Shown here in pieces: positions 1 to 9,900 of a DNA stretch of 64,000 nt (the first letter of the stretch is position 1; each line of letters opens with the position of its first letter). The notes beneath the pieces were generated by a model. It ran no database searches. It saw nothing but the letters and a program-made list of their open reading frames with translations, and was not told the DNA's origin. Source of the stretch: Thermotogota bacterium. Lineage in GTDB: Bacteria; Hydrothermota; Hydrothermia; LBFQ01. Both the position numbers and the translations under genes were made by a program. The stretch is from contig JAADDJ010000010.1 in the NCBI GenBank assembly GCA_013153965.1, forward strand, positions 17,443 to 81,442, in the 5' to 3' direction.

Positions 1-1
1 C

Positions 2-547
2 GGAGGCCCGTGTCTGCCCAAGGACCTGCTGGCCCTTATACGTATGTCCGAGGAGCATGGCCACTTCCCATCCTTTCTGGAGGCCATACACCTGAAGAAT
101 GAGGCCCAGAAGAGGAGAGTGGTGTGGAAGGTGAAGGAGGCCCTCGGAGGGGTTCTGACGGGGAAGACGGTGGGTGTTCTGGGTCTCACATTCAAGCCGA
201 ATACGGACGACGTGCGGAACTCCATAGCCATACCGCTCCTGACGAGGATGGGACGGCAGGGGGCGAAGGTGAAGGCCTACGACCCCATGGGAGCCGAGAG
301 TGCCCGCCGTGTTCTACGGGACGAGAACATATCCATACACGATGACCCCTACGAGGCCCTTGAGGGGGCCGACGTGGTCCTTATTCTCACAGCTTGGAAG
401 GACTTCGCCGAGCTGGATTGGGAGCGCATCCGCAAAGCGGTGAGGAACCCCTACATAGTTGATAGCGTGGGGGTCTTCCGCGATTCGGTCCCCGCGGGAT
501 GGAGGGCTTGGGTGGTGGGAAAGGGTGAGGTTGCCGGCGTAGAATAG
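2..547 (+). CDS. ugd: UDP-glucose 6-dehydrogenase family, C-terminal fragment (5' end outside window)
   Basis: Motif GLTFKPNTDDVRNS, the signature of the UDPG/MGDP dehydrogenase C-terminal domain; ORF is open to window start in frame 2. Confidence 0.8.
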   Translation, partial: GGPCLPKDLLALIRMSEEHGHFPSFLEAIHLKNEAQKRRVVWKVKEALGGVLTGKTVGVLGLTFKPNTDDVRNSIAIPLLTRMGRQGAKVKAYDPMGAESARRVLRDENISIHDDPYEALEGADVVLILTAWKDFAELDWERIRKAVRNPYIVDSVGVFRDSVPAGWRAWVVGKGEVAGVE

Positions 548-553
548 GCCACT

Positions 554-1039
554 ATGCGCAAGCTCTGGGCACCGTGGAGAGCCAAGTTCATCCTGCATGT
601 GAAGAAGGACGAGTGCATATTCTGCACCAAACCCAAGGAGGGAGACGAGGAGGCCTACATCCTCTATCGCGGGAGGTACAACTTCATCATGCTCAACATC
701 TTCCCCTACAACTCCGGCCATCTGATGATAGCCCCCTACGCCCATAAGTCCTCCCCGGAGATGCTCAGCCGCGAGGAATACACCGAGATGTTTGAGCTGC
801 TGCAGTGGAGCATAGAGAATCTGCGACTTGCCCTCAAACCCGACGGTTTCAACGTGGGATTCAACATAGGGAGAGTTTCGGGAGCCGGGTACGAGGGCCA
901 CATACACATGCACGTGGTTCCCCGCTGGAACGGCGATACGAACTTCATGCCCGTTCTGGCCGATACGAAGGTGGTGTCGGTGGGAATTGAGGATACCTAT
1001 CGCACCTTAAAACCGCTCTTTGAGAGGGAAAGCCAATGA
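554..1039 (+). CDS. HIT family (histidine triad) nucleotide hydrolase/transferase
   Basis: Histidine triad HIHMHVVPR near C-terminus; 161 aa, typical HIT size; 6 bp after ugd stop. Confidence 0.8.
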   Translation: MRKLWAPWRAKFILHVKKDECIFCTKPKEGDEEAYILYRGRYNFIMLNIFPYNSGHLMIAPYAHKSSPEMLSREEYTEMFELLQWSIENLRLALKPDGFNVGFNIGRVSGAGYEGHIHMHVVPRWNGDTNFMPVLADTKVVSVGIEDTYRTLKPLFERESQ

Positions 1040-1060
1040 CAGCCTTAAAATGCGGGATAG

Positions 1061-1414
1061 ATGGACGAGGATAAGGTCAAAGAGTTGATGGGGATATTCC
1101 CCACGAAGGGGGATCTGGAGGATGCCATAGCCACGCTGCAGGGGGAGCTTGGCGGATTCAAGGCGGAGATATACAACCATCTCCACGCCCTGGAGAATCG
1201 GGTGGATACGTTGGAGAGTCTGTCCCGCAAGTGTCGCTCACTGGAGAGCTCGTTGGAGGAGATTCGCGGTCGGGTCTCCCGTCTGGAGCAGGGAATTGAT
1301 AGGCTCACATCAAGGCTGGAGCGTCTCCACACGAGTGTCATTGTGGTTTTGGGTATAAACGTGGCCCTCGTGCTTTTAACTTTGATAGTGCTCCTGCTCC
1401 ATCTTCGGACTTAG
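1061..1414 (+). CDS. Coiled-coil protein with C-terminal transmembrane anchor (DUF1640/XhlA-like)
   Basis: Heptad-like LExxLxxL periodicity over ~80 aa, then hydrophobic tail VIVVLGINVALVLLTLIVLLL; same architecture as the repeat protein at 57189..57881. Confidence 0.5.
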   Translation: MDEDKVKELMGIFPTKGDLEDAIATLQGELGGFKAEIYNHLHALENRVDTLESLSRKCRSLESSLEEIRGRVSRLEQGIDRLTSRLERLHTSVIVVLGINVALVLLTLIVLLLHLRT

Positions 1415-1426
1415 AATAGGGACGAT

Positions 1427-1765
1427 ATGACGCACGACGCGAAATTCTCCCAAGAGGATATTGAGAGGAACAAACTTCTGGCGGCCCTAAGCTACGTGTG
1501 GATCCTCTTCATCCTATACTGGATCGTTGATAGTCCCTTCGTCAAGTTCCACGCGAAGCAATCCCTCGTCATCTTCTTGGCCGAGATGGGTTTGTGGATT
1601 CTGGGGATATTCGCGGGGGGTATGATACCTATGTGGGGGATGATATCCTCCCTCCTGTTTCTGCTGCTCCTCGCCCTGCGGATAGTGGGATTCATAAATG
1701 CCCTGACGGGAAAGGCCGCCAAGTTGCCGGTCGTCGGGGATATGGCCGAGAGTCTGGGAGTTTGA
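1427..1765 (+). CDS. Small integral membrane protein (DUF4870-like)
   Basis: KLLAALSYVWILFILYWIV motif and two further TM helices; 112 aa. Confidence 0.5.
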   Translation: MTHDAKFSQEDIERNKLLAALSYVWILFILYWIVDSPFVKFHAKQSLVIFLAEMGLWILGIFAGGMIPMWGMISSLLFLLLLALRIVGFINALTGKAAKLPVVGDMAESLGV

Positions 1766-2350
1766 TCACACGGGAGGTATCCTGACGGGCCTACCGAATC
1801 CCAGAGGCCCGTGCGAGGTTATTATGAAGGTTTTACCCTTGCGGTTGAGGTACCTTATATGCTCCGTCAGACGCTCCCTGCTCTCCTCGTCCAGATGGGA
1901 GTAGGGCTCGTCCAAGGCTATTATGGGGGCGCTGGAGGACAACGCCCTGACCAGCTGCACCTTACGGTTCTGACCGGACGATAGGGCCTTAAGGGGTCTG
2001 TCCAGAAGCTCATCAACCCCGTATTCGGACGCCAACTCCCTCCAGAGGGAGTTCGGAGATAGGGTCAGGTACCTGCGCACGGTTATCTCCCCCCGCAGAA
2101 CCTCGGCGAAGAGGACGGAGACGTACCCCACCCTCTCAATAGGTTTCATCTCCAGAAGGTTCCGGGAGAATACCCTTATCTCCCCCCACACGCTGACCGC
2201 CCCCACGAAGGCCTTGAGGATCGTAGTCTTCCCCACCCCGTTCTCGCCGTAGAAATTGACTATCTCCCCCATCTCAACGGACAGGTTCAGGTCCCGCAGG
2301 ATGGGCGACGTGTATCCGACGCTACACCGTACGAATTCCACGGCCTTCAT
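1766..2350 (-). CDS. ABC transporter ATP-binding protein (short, 194 aa)
   Basis: Walker A GENGVGKTT, ABC signature LSSGQNRKVQL, Walker B IIALDEP; overlaps downstream GT gene by 29 nt. Confidence 0.8.
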   Translation of the reverse strand: MKAVEFVRCSVGYTSPILRDLNLSVEMGEIVNFYGENGVGKTTILKAFVGAVSVWGEIRVFSRNLLEMKPIERVGYVSVLFAEVLRGEITVRRYLTLSPNSLWRELASEYGVDELLDRPLKALSSGQNRKVQLVRALSSSAPIIALDEPYSHLDEESRERLTEHIRYLNRKGKTFIITSHGPLGFGRPVRIPPV

Positions 2351-3479
2351 GTTTTCCCTCCCGCTCCATCACATCCACGTAATAGCGTGCCACCTGCGAG
2401 GCTATGCGGTCCCAACCGTGGGCCCGGGCGGTCCTGAGGCCACCCTCTACGAGCCGTCTTCTCAGATCCTCATCCTTCAGGACCCTTACGACCTTGCGCG
2501 CCAGGTCCACCTCATCCTCCACGTTGCAGAGGAGACCATTCTCACCGTCCCTTATCACCAACGAGTATCCCTCGTTTCTGGCGGCGACCACGGGTGTGCC
2601 CGTAGCCATGGCCTCAAGGAGTACGAGGCCGAAGCTCTCGGACCCGGTGGCCGGAGATATGAAGACGTCGGCCGTCCGGTAATACCTCGGCAGAACCTGC
2701 GAGGACACTCTACCCTCAAACATCACCCTATCCTTTATGCTGTCGGGGACCATGTTTTTGTACCACCCCAGAAGGGGACCATCTCCTACGACGACCAATC
2801 GGGCGTCCGGTATCTCCCGCAGTATGTGCGGCATGGCGAGGATAGCGTACTTCAACCCCTTTCTGGGCTCCGGCCTGCCCACGAAGAGGATGTTCCTGTA
2901 GCCCTGAAGGTGGGGTAGGGGTTGGAGGTCGGGGCGGAACCTCTGCAGGTCCACGCCGTTGGGAATTATGCGGTACTCTATGTCCGGGAATATCTCCAGT
3001 ATGGGTTTGATGGCGGCCTCGGATACGGCTATGCGGCCGTGGAGCTTGTTGAAGTAGTCGCGGATGTAAGGTTTGAAGAGCTTGTAGAGGAAGTTCTTCT
3101 TGTGGGCGGCGTGGAATGTGATGAAGTTGTACCCGGTTGAGTACTTGAGGGATACCATGGGGAGTACTGGGGCCACCTGGCCGTGGATATGCACCACGTC
3201 AAATTGCATGCGGTTCATCAGGCGCTTCACGTAGGAGTTTATGCGAAGCGAGATGGTCACGGGGGCTATGGAGCCGTTGAAGAGTATCTTCACCGGGAAT
3301 CCCACCCGAAAGACGTACGGAGGATCCTTAAAATCAACTCCCCCCTTGTGGTTCGCCGTCAGGATGTAGGATTCCCACCCGAGCTTGCGCAGGTGTATCG
3401 CGAGCTGATGCACGTGCTCCGATACGCCTCCGGGGTAGGGATAGAAGACGTCCGAGACCAGCAGGACCTTCTTCCTCAT
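2322..3479 (-). CDS. Glycosyltransferase family 4 (GT1-fold)
   Basis: EPRKG and ESFGLVLLEAMATGTPVVAARNEGY motifs; start set at MRKKVLL (codon 3477-3479) rather than the low-complexity H/R/P-rich extension in the ORF track. Confidence 0.85.
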   Translation of the reverse strand: MRKKVLLVSDVFYPYPGGVSEHVHQLAIHLRKLGWESYILTANHKGGVDFKDPPYVFRVGFPVKILFNGSIAPVTISLRINSYVKRLMNRMQFDVVHIHGQVAPVLPMVSLKYSTGYNFITFHAAHKKNFLYKLFKPYIRDYFNKLHGRIAVSEAAIKPILEIFPDIEYRIIPNGVDLQRFRPDLQPLPHLQGYRNILFVGRPEPRKGLKYAILAMPHILREIPDARLVVVGDGPLLGWYKNMVPDSIKDRVMFEGRVSSQVLPRYYRTADVFISPATGSESFGLVLLEAMATGTPVVAARNEGYSLVIRDGENGLLCNVEDEVDLARKVVRVLKDEDLRRRLVEGGLRTARAHGWDRIASQVARYYVDVMEREGKHEGRGIRTV

Positions 3480-4549
3480 GGCAGCAGATCCCCCCTTATG
3501 GAGGTTATTATTCGGCCGAGCGTCGTGTCGCGCAGGTGGTCCGCGGCCACGAAGACCGTGAGCATGAGGGCGAGGGCGAACGTGAGGCCTATAACCATGG
3601 TTATGGCGGGTATCACCCGCTTGGGCCACACGCGCTTTTGGGGACCGGATGGGGAGGATACGGGCTGAAGCATGGGGTTGTTCTTGAGCTCCATAAGGCG
3701 CGCCTTCTCGTACTCCTCGTACAGGGTTGCGTAGGCTTTGCTCTTTATCTCCAGCTCCATCTTGTACCTCGCCGCCTTCTGGACGGCAGGGGGAAGGGTG
3801 GAGAACTTTCGGTCCACCTCCCGCCTAAGGACGCCCACCTCCCTCTTCAGCCGGGAGACCTCCGGGACATCCTCGGAGTAGAAGGACCTGAGGAGCATGT
3901 ACTCCGACTCCTTCATGGCCAAGGTCTCAAGGAGCTTCCCCAGAGAGGGTCCGAGGATCTCCTCCGTGGCCACGGTGAGGAATCGGTTCTTACTCTCCAA
4001 CGTCTTTAGGCTGTCCTGTAGGGCGGCTATCTCCTCGCGCAGGCTCTTGAGGCGGTTCTCCAAGAACCTCCGCAGCTCCCGGCCCTTGATATTCAGGGCG
4101 TAGTTGGCCTTCCTGTTGAGAAACTCCACGTACAGCTGCGCCAACCTCTTCGCCCTCTCCCTATCCGAGTCGTAGACCCGCAGGAGTATGCTGGCACTCG
4201 GCAAAACCTCAAGCTCCACCTTGGAGTCAAGGAGTTTGACCTGCTTATCGGGGTTGTCGGTCTGGAAGATGGTGTCAAGGTGGTAGGTCTCCACGAATTC
4301 ACGCTTGAAGGAGTAGGAGGATGCTATGTCTATGAAGATCTGGACGGGGGTGGCCATCAGTCCCCGGCTCAGCTGGAAGAACATGGCGCTCTGCGATTGG
4401 AGCTGGGAGGCCTCCTCCACCGAAGGTACGAGCATCACCTCGCTCACGAAGACCTTGCGCACCATGAAGGACATCACCAACATCCCCACGACCGAGGCGA
4501 ATACCACCCCATAGAAGATGCCCCGTACCTTCAGGTACTTCTCGTACAT
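3476..4549 (-). CDS. Polysaccharide chain-length determinant (Wzz/PCP-family)-like protein
   Basis: N-terminal TM, long periplasmic coiled-coil region, C-terminal TM (VIPAITMVIGLTFALALMLTVFVAA); ATGA overlap with the GT gene. Confidence 0.6.
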   Translation of the reverse strand: MYEKYLKVRGIFYGVVFASVVGMLVMSFMVRKVFVSEVMLVPSVEEASQLQSQSAMFFQLSRGLMATPVQIFIDIASSYSFKREFVETYHLDTIFQTDNPDKQVKLLDSKVELEVLPSASILLRVYDSDRERAKRLAQLYVEFLNRKANYALNIKGRELRRFLENRLKSLREEIAALQDSLKTLESKNRFLTVATEEILGPSLGKLLETLAMKESEYMLLRSFYSEDVPEVSRLKREVGVLRREVDRKFSTLPPAVQKAARYKMELEIKSKAYATLYEEYEKARLMELKNNPMLQPVSSPSGPQKRVWPKRVIPAITMVIGLTFALALMLTVFVAADHLRDTTLGRIITSIRGDLLP

Positions 4550-4554
4550 GGTCG

Positions 4555-5151
4555 TTAGATCTTGAAGTCGTCCTCTGTCAGTCCCACATTAACCTTCAGA
4601 TTCCTGTACTTCACCGTCCTGACCACGTTCCCCTCGGCATCGTAGTCGGTTATCATGACAGGGAGCATGCTCTGGGAATCTATCCAGTACTTGGCCTTCA
4701 CGGCCCCGTAGTTCTTGGTGGGATCAAGTTTCTGCTCAAGTATATAGACCTTCCGCCCGAATAGGGTTCCCTCCGAGACGAAGCGAGCATCATCGCTCAA
4801 ACGTTTGACGAACCACGGTATATGGCTCTCGTATATCCTATGGCCCACGGGGGAGCGCAGACGCCTATCGTCGGGCGACAACCAGAGCTTGAGGGGACCC
4901 TTCTTGACCCTGACCTTCCTCTTCTCGGGATGATATACGGCCACACCGCCCCTGTTGGCCCCCCTTATCACCTTCATGTATATGAAGCCGGGACGCATGT
5001 ACTTCTGGATGTACTCCTTGTATTCCAACTTGCCGTCCTTGTAGGTTTTGGACTCCATCGTGGCCGTGTAATCCTTCAGAGCCGCCTCCGCCTTCTTCAC
5101 GTCGGCCACCAACTCCTTACCACTCAAACTCAAGAGAGTGATCCACAGCAT
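4555..5151 (-). CDS. Secreted LolA-like / outer-membrane lipoprotein-sorting-fold protein
   Basis: N-terminal signal peptide MLWITLLSLSG; size and beta-rich composition consistent with the LolA-like family; weak. Confidence 0.4.
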   Translation of the reverse strand: MLWITLLSLSGKELVADVKKAEAALKDYTATMESKTYKDGKLEYKEYIQKYMRPGFIYMKVIRGANRGGVAVYHPEKRKVRVKKGPLKLWLSPDDRRLRSPVGHRIYESHIPWFVKRLSDDARFVSEGTLFGRKVYILEQKLDPTKNYGAVKAKYWIDSQSMLPVMITDYDAEGNVVRTVKYRNLKVNVGLTEDDFKI

Positions 5152-5180
5152 ACCGAAGATTTTAAGGCAGAAACCGCACG

Positions 5181-5759
5181 CTATTGCCTATCGTACTGCT
5201 GCCCCTCCCCCGGTACGGCCTTGAGGATCATGGGCTTTAGGGCCGTCTTAACGGCGTTGGATACGGCCTCCTCCAAGCTCCAACCCCCACCCAGAGCGGA
5301 GGCAACGTAGAGGATACGTCCGGTCTCCACGTCTATGAGCTTGGCGTTGACCCTAACGATGTAGCTGTCTATGTCCTCCTCAAAGCTTATGAAATCCAAG
5401 AAGAGGACGGCCTTCGCCCCGAGGAGTTTTCCCAACCTCACCGCCGTATTCTGATCCACCAGACCGGAGTACGAGAACTCCTGCTCCCGAAGGATCTCCT
5501 CCGTTCGGGCCCTATCAACCACGTCCATCTTCCCCGTCTTCAGAAGCTGGAGCGTTGCGGCGTCGTAGGCCACCTTGTCAAGGGAGGGTTTCGGAGCCCC
5601 CTCAAGGCGGGAGAATACGGCCACGGTCCCTATGCTGTCGGGCGAGAAGTAGGGGGAAAAGGTGTAATCCAGCACGTAGGGGTCGTTTTCAACCTTCCGC
5701 GCCAACGAGGTGCATCCCACGAAAGGCAGCAAAATCATCAGAGTTCCCAATGCGCGCAT
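5181..5759 (-). CDS. Lipoprotein, CsgG/LpoB-like (TolB-N-terminal-like fold)
   Basis: Lipobox LPFVGC after start MRALGTLMILL; VAVF...GxxKxxxDxATLQL...EEILREQEFSYSGLVD...LGKLLGAKAVLF pattern typical of CsgG/LpoB-type lipoproteins; start moved to the internal ATG. Confidence 0.45.
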   Translation of the reverse strand: MRALGTLMILLPFVGCTSLARKVENDPYVLDYTFSPYFSPDSIGTVAVFSRLEGAPKPSLDKVAYDAATLQLLKTGKMDVVDRARTEEILREQEFSYSGLVDQNTAVRLGKLLGAKAVLFLDFISFEEDIDSYIVRVNAKLIDVETGRILYVASALGGGWSLEEAVSNAVKTALKPMILKAVPGEGQQYDRQ

Positions 5760-5769
5760 AGAGAATATT

Positions 5770-6297
5770 CTAATTCCGCCGAATATGGGCGAGGAGCATC
5801 TCGGCCACCCTCCGGAACATCTCCTCACGATTCAGAGGAGTTAGCAGTATTGGGTCGTAAGTCTCCCTTATACGACGCACGAGAGGATGGACGTCCCTTA
5901 TGGGGATGGTGGCGACGATGTCCCTCTCTCCGCCGAAGACGATGTCCTCCACGAGACGGGCGAATCTCTCGCTCAGGAGCTCCATCTTCCCGATCTCATC
6001 TATCACCAGGATCTTGGAGCATTGGGGGAGGCAGGCCTCCAGCATGGGCACGACGAGGCGCTCAAACCCCTCCACATCCACGCCGTACCTGCCCACCCTC
6101 CACGGCGATGTTATATTCACGTGGGCGAGAAGTGCCTCCCGACCGTCGGTGGTGATTATCTTGAATCCCACCCTCCTCCCGCCCTCGCGCACCTCCTCCG
6201 TCCAGAAGCCGACGAACCGACCGGTGGCGAGATTGACGAGTCGCTTTACGAGGGTGGTCTTCCCCACACCCGGCTTTCCCGTAATGAAGACCTTCAT
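5770..6297 (-). CDS. Nucleoside-triphosphatase, THEP1/NTPase_1 family
   Basis: Walker A GKPGVGKTT at N-terminus, Walker B ILVIDEIGKME; ~175 aa, typical of THEP1-type NTPases. Confidence 0.7.
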   Translation of the reverse strand: MKVFITGKPGVGKTTLVKRLVNLATGRFVGFWTEEVREGGRRVGFKIITTDGREALLAHVNITSPWRVGRYGVDVEGFERLVVPMLEACLPQCSKILVIDEIGKMELLSERFARLVEDIVFGGERDIVATIPIRDVHPLVRRIRETYDPILLTPLNREEMFRRVAEMLLAHIRRN

Positions 6298-6351
6298 TCG
6301 GCCGAAAGTTTAAGCTGGAACCGACCCATCTGCGGGCGTATAATTTACGCT

Positions 6352-6939
6352 ATGGCCGAGTACAAGGTGGTGGAAAGTTTGACCCTGCCGGCCAAAGGTA
6401 CGGCCATAATCGTGGTGGATATGCAGAACGATTTCGTGGACCCGAAGGGGGCCCTCTTCGTACCCGACGCCCCCAAGACGATCCCGGCCATATCGGCCCT
6501 GATTGAGAGGGCGCGGGCGTCCGGTGTGCCCATCTTCTACACTCAAGATTGGCACGACGAGGAGGACCCGGAGTTTGAGATATGGGGGAGGCATGCCGTG
6601 GCGGGAACTTGGGGTGCCGAGATAGTGCCGCCCCTCGCCCCCAAAAAGGGTGATACCGTCGTGAGGAAGTTGAGGTACGATGGATTCTACGGTACCCCCT
6701 TGGACCATCTCCTGCGCCTCAAGGGCGCCCAGAACCTCGTTCTGGTGGGTACGGTCGCGAACATCTGCGTGTTGCACACGGCCGGATCGGCCGCCCTGAG
6801 GTGGTACAAGGTTGTCGTCCCCATGGACGGCGTTTCCGCCCTCAACGAGGGCGATTATCACTTTGCCCTTCGCCAGATAGACTTCCTCTACAGAGGGAGC
6901 GTGGTAAAGAGCGTTCAAGGTATAAGTTTCGTCCGGTAA
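6352..6939 (+). CDS. Isochorismatase-family cysteine hydrolase (nicotinamidase/PncA-like)
   Basis: IIVVDMQNDFVDPKGALFV and VLVGTVANICVLHTA (catalytic Cys) motifs; real start at ATG 6352; upstream part of track ORF is antisense to the NTPase. Confidence 0.8.
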   Translation: MAEYKVVESLTLPAKGTAIIVVDMQNDFVDPKGALFVPDAPKTIPAISALIERARASGVPIFYTQDWHDEEDPEFEIWGRHAVAGTWGAEIVPPLAPKKGDTVVRKLRYDGFYGTPLDHLLRLKGAQNLVLVGTVANICVLHTAGSAALRWYKVVVPMDGVSALNEGDYHFALRQIDFLYRGSVVKSVQGISFVR

Positions 6940-6940
6940 A

Positions 6941-9900
6941 GTGCTCTGGGTGCTTCTAAACTACGAGGACTACTTTACGAGGCGGTTGATGGAGGAGACC
7001 TTCTCGTACGGCTACACCTACGACTCCAACAACGTCTATGGACTCTACAACTACTACGGGACGGAGGACACCGTCAAGGTCTTCTCAATAGACGAATTCT
7101 TCGGCCTCAACCTCATGTCCTACCTTCGCAAGACGACGGTAAAGGCCTATGACACGTCGGCGACGGAGGCCCTATCCGGACTCGTCCCGGATATAGAGGT
7201 TCCCGTCCAGATACCCAAGAGATGGCGGTTTCTGGGCGAGGGTGTGAGCAAGATAACCCTAAGGGGTGAGCAGACCATATCCATAGGCGGCTCCAAGGAG
7301 GATCTCCTCAGCCCCGAGGGCCAGAACCTCAACAGCCAGTATCAGGTGAGCAACATCCCGAGCATAAACATGAAGCAGACCTTGAACGTGGTCATAACGG
7401 GCCAGATAACGGATCGCCTGAAGGTGGAGGTGCGCCACAACTCCGAAGCCCTGCAGACGGATCAGGACCGGATACTCCTCGCGTACACCGGGACGGATGA
7501 CGATATAGTCCAGAGTCTCCAAGCCGGAGATATAGACGTTTCGGACTTTCCGAGTACCACCTACTCCTCCTTAGGTGCTGGGGCGGGATTGCTCGGATTG
7601 AAGGGCAGGTTCGCTCTCGGCCCCGCCAAGATCGTGGCGGTGGCAACGAAGGAGAGGGGTCAGAGCCAGACCAAGATATTCCGGGCTCAGTCGCAGGTGA
7701 TAACGGATACCCTCTGGGGGAGCGACTACATACGGGAGACCTTCTTCATGCTTCCCATAGCCCCCTTCATACCCCCCGGCGAGGATCCCAACGACTATCG
7801 GATTGAGAATCTGCTCCTCTTCTACAAGCCCCTCGTCCCGACGGGGAACACCTTCGTCTATGGTAAGGCCTATCACCTGATGGACACTTTGGGACTTATA
7901 ACCGACGACACCACCCGCTGCTTCGCGTCGGGCAGATTCGTCCAGATGGACCCCTCATCCTACCGGTTCTACACGGGGAGTGTGGTCCAGATAACGGATC
8001 CCCCGAACGCGTCCCTCTGGTGGCTGGGGGCCGTGTATAGGCTCGTGAAGTCGGATGGGAGCGACACGATAAACGTCGGGTACATCCCCCCCGCTCCGGA
8101 CAGCACGGATCCCATACGGATGCTCCTTATCAAGCTGGACAAGATGCGCTCCTCCGACACATCCCTCACGTGCGCCCTGAACATCAATCTTCTGGAGCTG
8201 AAGAACATATACTCACTTCCCTACCAGTTGGATACGAGCGTCAAGGACCTGACCTTCAACATATACCGCGACAACCCCACGACGAACGATTCACTGGCGC
8301 AGGACGGCATCAAATTCACGACGCTCCTCGGCGTTGACCCCGAGGGCGACGGCAAGATAAACGACATAGTCCCCGTGATCATCAACGGGGATACGGTGAA
8401 TTTCCGAGTTCTTGAGATATTCCCCGAGGGAGGGGGATACCTGATATTCCCGAAGTTCTGGCCCTTCGCCGACACCGTCCTGAGGGATAGGGACAGCATC
8501 ATATATCTGATGGACAGGGAGTACTGGAGGGAGTACCACCGGGAGAAGTACTACATGGTCTTCACATTCCGGAAACCCCAGAAGTTCATAAATCTGGGTG
8601 GGACCTTGATAGACGGCTCGGTTGAGGTCTTCAGGAATGGCCAGAAGCTTCAGGAGGGTAAGGACTATCGGGTGGATTACTCAAACGGCATCGTCCATTT
8701 CCTAATCCCAATAAACGAGACGGACGAGATACGTATAAACTACCGCTCCCTCGGCGCCCCTCTCGCCGAGAGCAGGGCCATTCTGGGTTTGGCCACCACC
8801 ATGGACCTGTCCGAGAACTTCAAGGTCACCCTCAACTACCTGTCAAAGTCCAGAGCATCCGCGTATCCGAGACCTCAATTCGGAAGCGAGCCCAACAGCT
8901 ACTCGGTCTTGGACGCCGGATTGACCTTCAACCACACCTTGGACTATCTCAACCGCTTCCTGAACTCCCGCACCCCCCTCAGCTTGGAGAAGAAGAGCGA
9001 ATTCACCTTGAACGGGGAGGTTGCGAGGTCCTTCCCCAACCCCAGCACGGTGGGCGAGGCTTACATAGACGATTTTGATAGGTTTGACGATAATCTGGAC
9101 AATTTGATCTGGGAGTACAGGAACTGGATACACGGCTCCCTGCCGTACCTTCCCGACTCCGTGAGGGCCGACACCGCCGTCCTCGCCAACCGCCAATCTT
9201 GGTACTCGGACCGTATGGCCGTGAAGGGGGACATACTGGAGATAACGGACGAGCAGGAGCGCACGGACCCCGTGCGGGTCATGAGGCTGATAGCCGAGCC
9301 CCGCATAGAGGGGGTCCCGAACTTCATGACCATAATGATGGGCTACAAGGAGGAGCAGAACTACAAGGAGAAGGAGTACGTGGAGGTATTCGCCCGAGGG
9401 CACGGGATAATCATATTTGACGTGGGAACCAACATACCGGAGGATGCGTACGTGAGGGCCTGCGACGGCAACTTCTACGGCCTCGGCCAGCTCAACACCG
9501 AGGACTTGAATCTGGACAACCAATTCACCGAGACCCGTGAGGACGTCGGTTTGGATGGCGTTCCCGGGGAGGATGGGACCTGCAATCCCGGCTCCGGCGA
9601 CTGGGGGAACGACGACTACACCATATCGGACCCGGCGAACGCGGACCCCTTCCTGATAAACAGGTACGAGGGAAATCACCACGAGGACTCGGAGGACCTG
9701 AACGGCAACTTCCAGCTGGACATGGCGGAGAACTTCTACTCCTACGTGATAGACCTGGACACCATGACACCCATATCCGAGAAGAACGGTTGGAAGCTCT
9801 TCAGGATCCCCCTGCCCAAACCCACCCGGGTCTATGGCAAACCGGCGCTTGACAGGATAGCATACTTCCGCCTGACGTGGTACGGATTTACCCGGACGGA

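Noticed and set aside
3480-3629. 50-aa H/R/P-rich N-terminal extension of the GT4 ORF
   Set aside because: Low-complexity, overlaps the Wzz-like gene; GT homology starts at MRKKVLL.
5887-6351. N-terminal 155 aa of the track ORF fused upstream of the isochorismatase-family gene
   Set aside because: This part is antisense to the THEP1 NTPase gene and has no isochorismatase homology; homology begins at ATG 6352.
8843-9682. 279-aa ORF in an alternative + frame inside the SprA-like gene
   Set aside because: G/V/P/A-rich low-complexity translation typical of spurious ORFs in high-GC DNA; lies entirely within a much longer, better-supported CDS.
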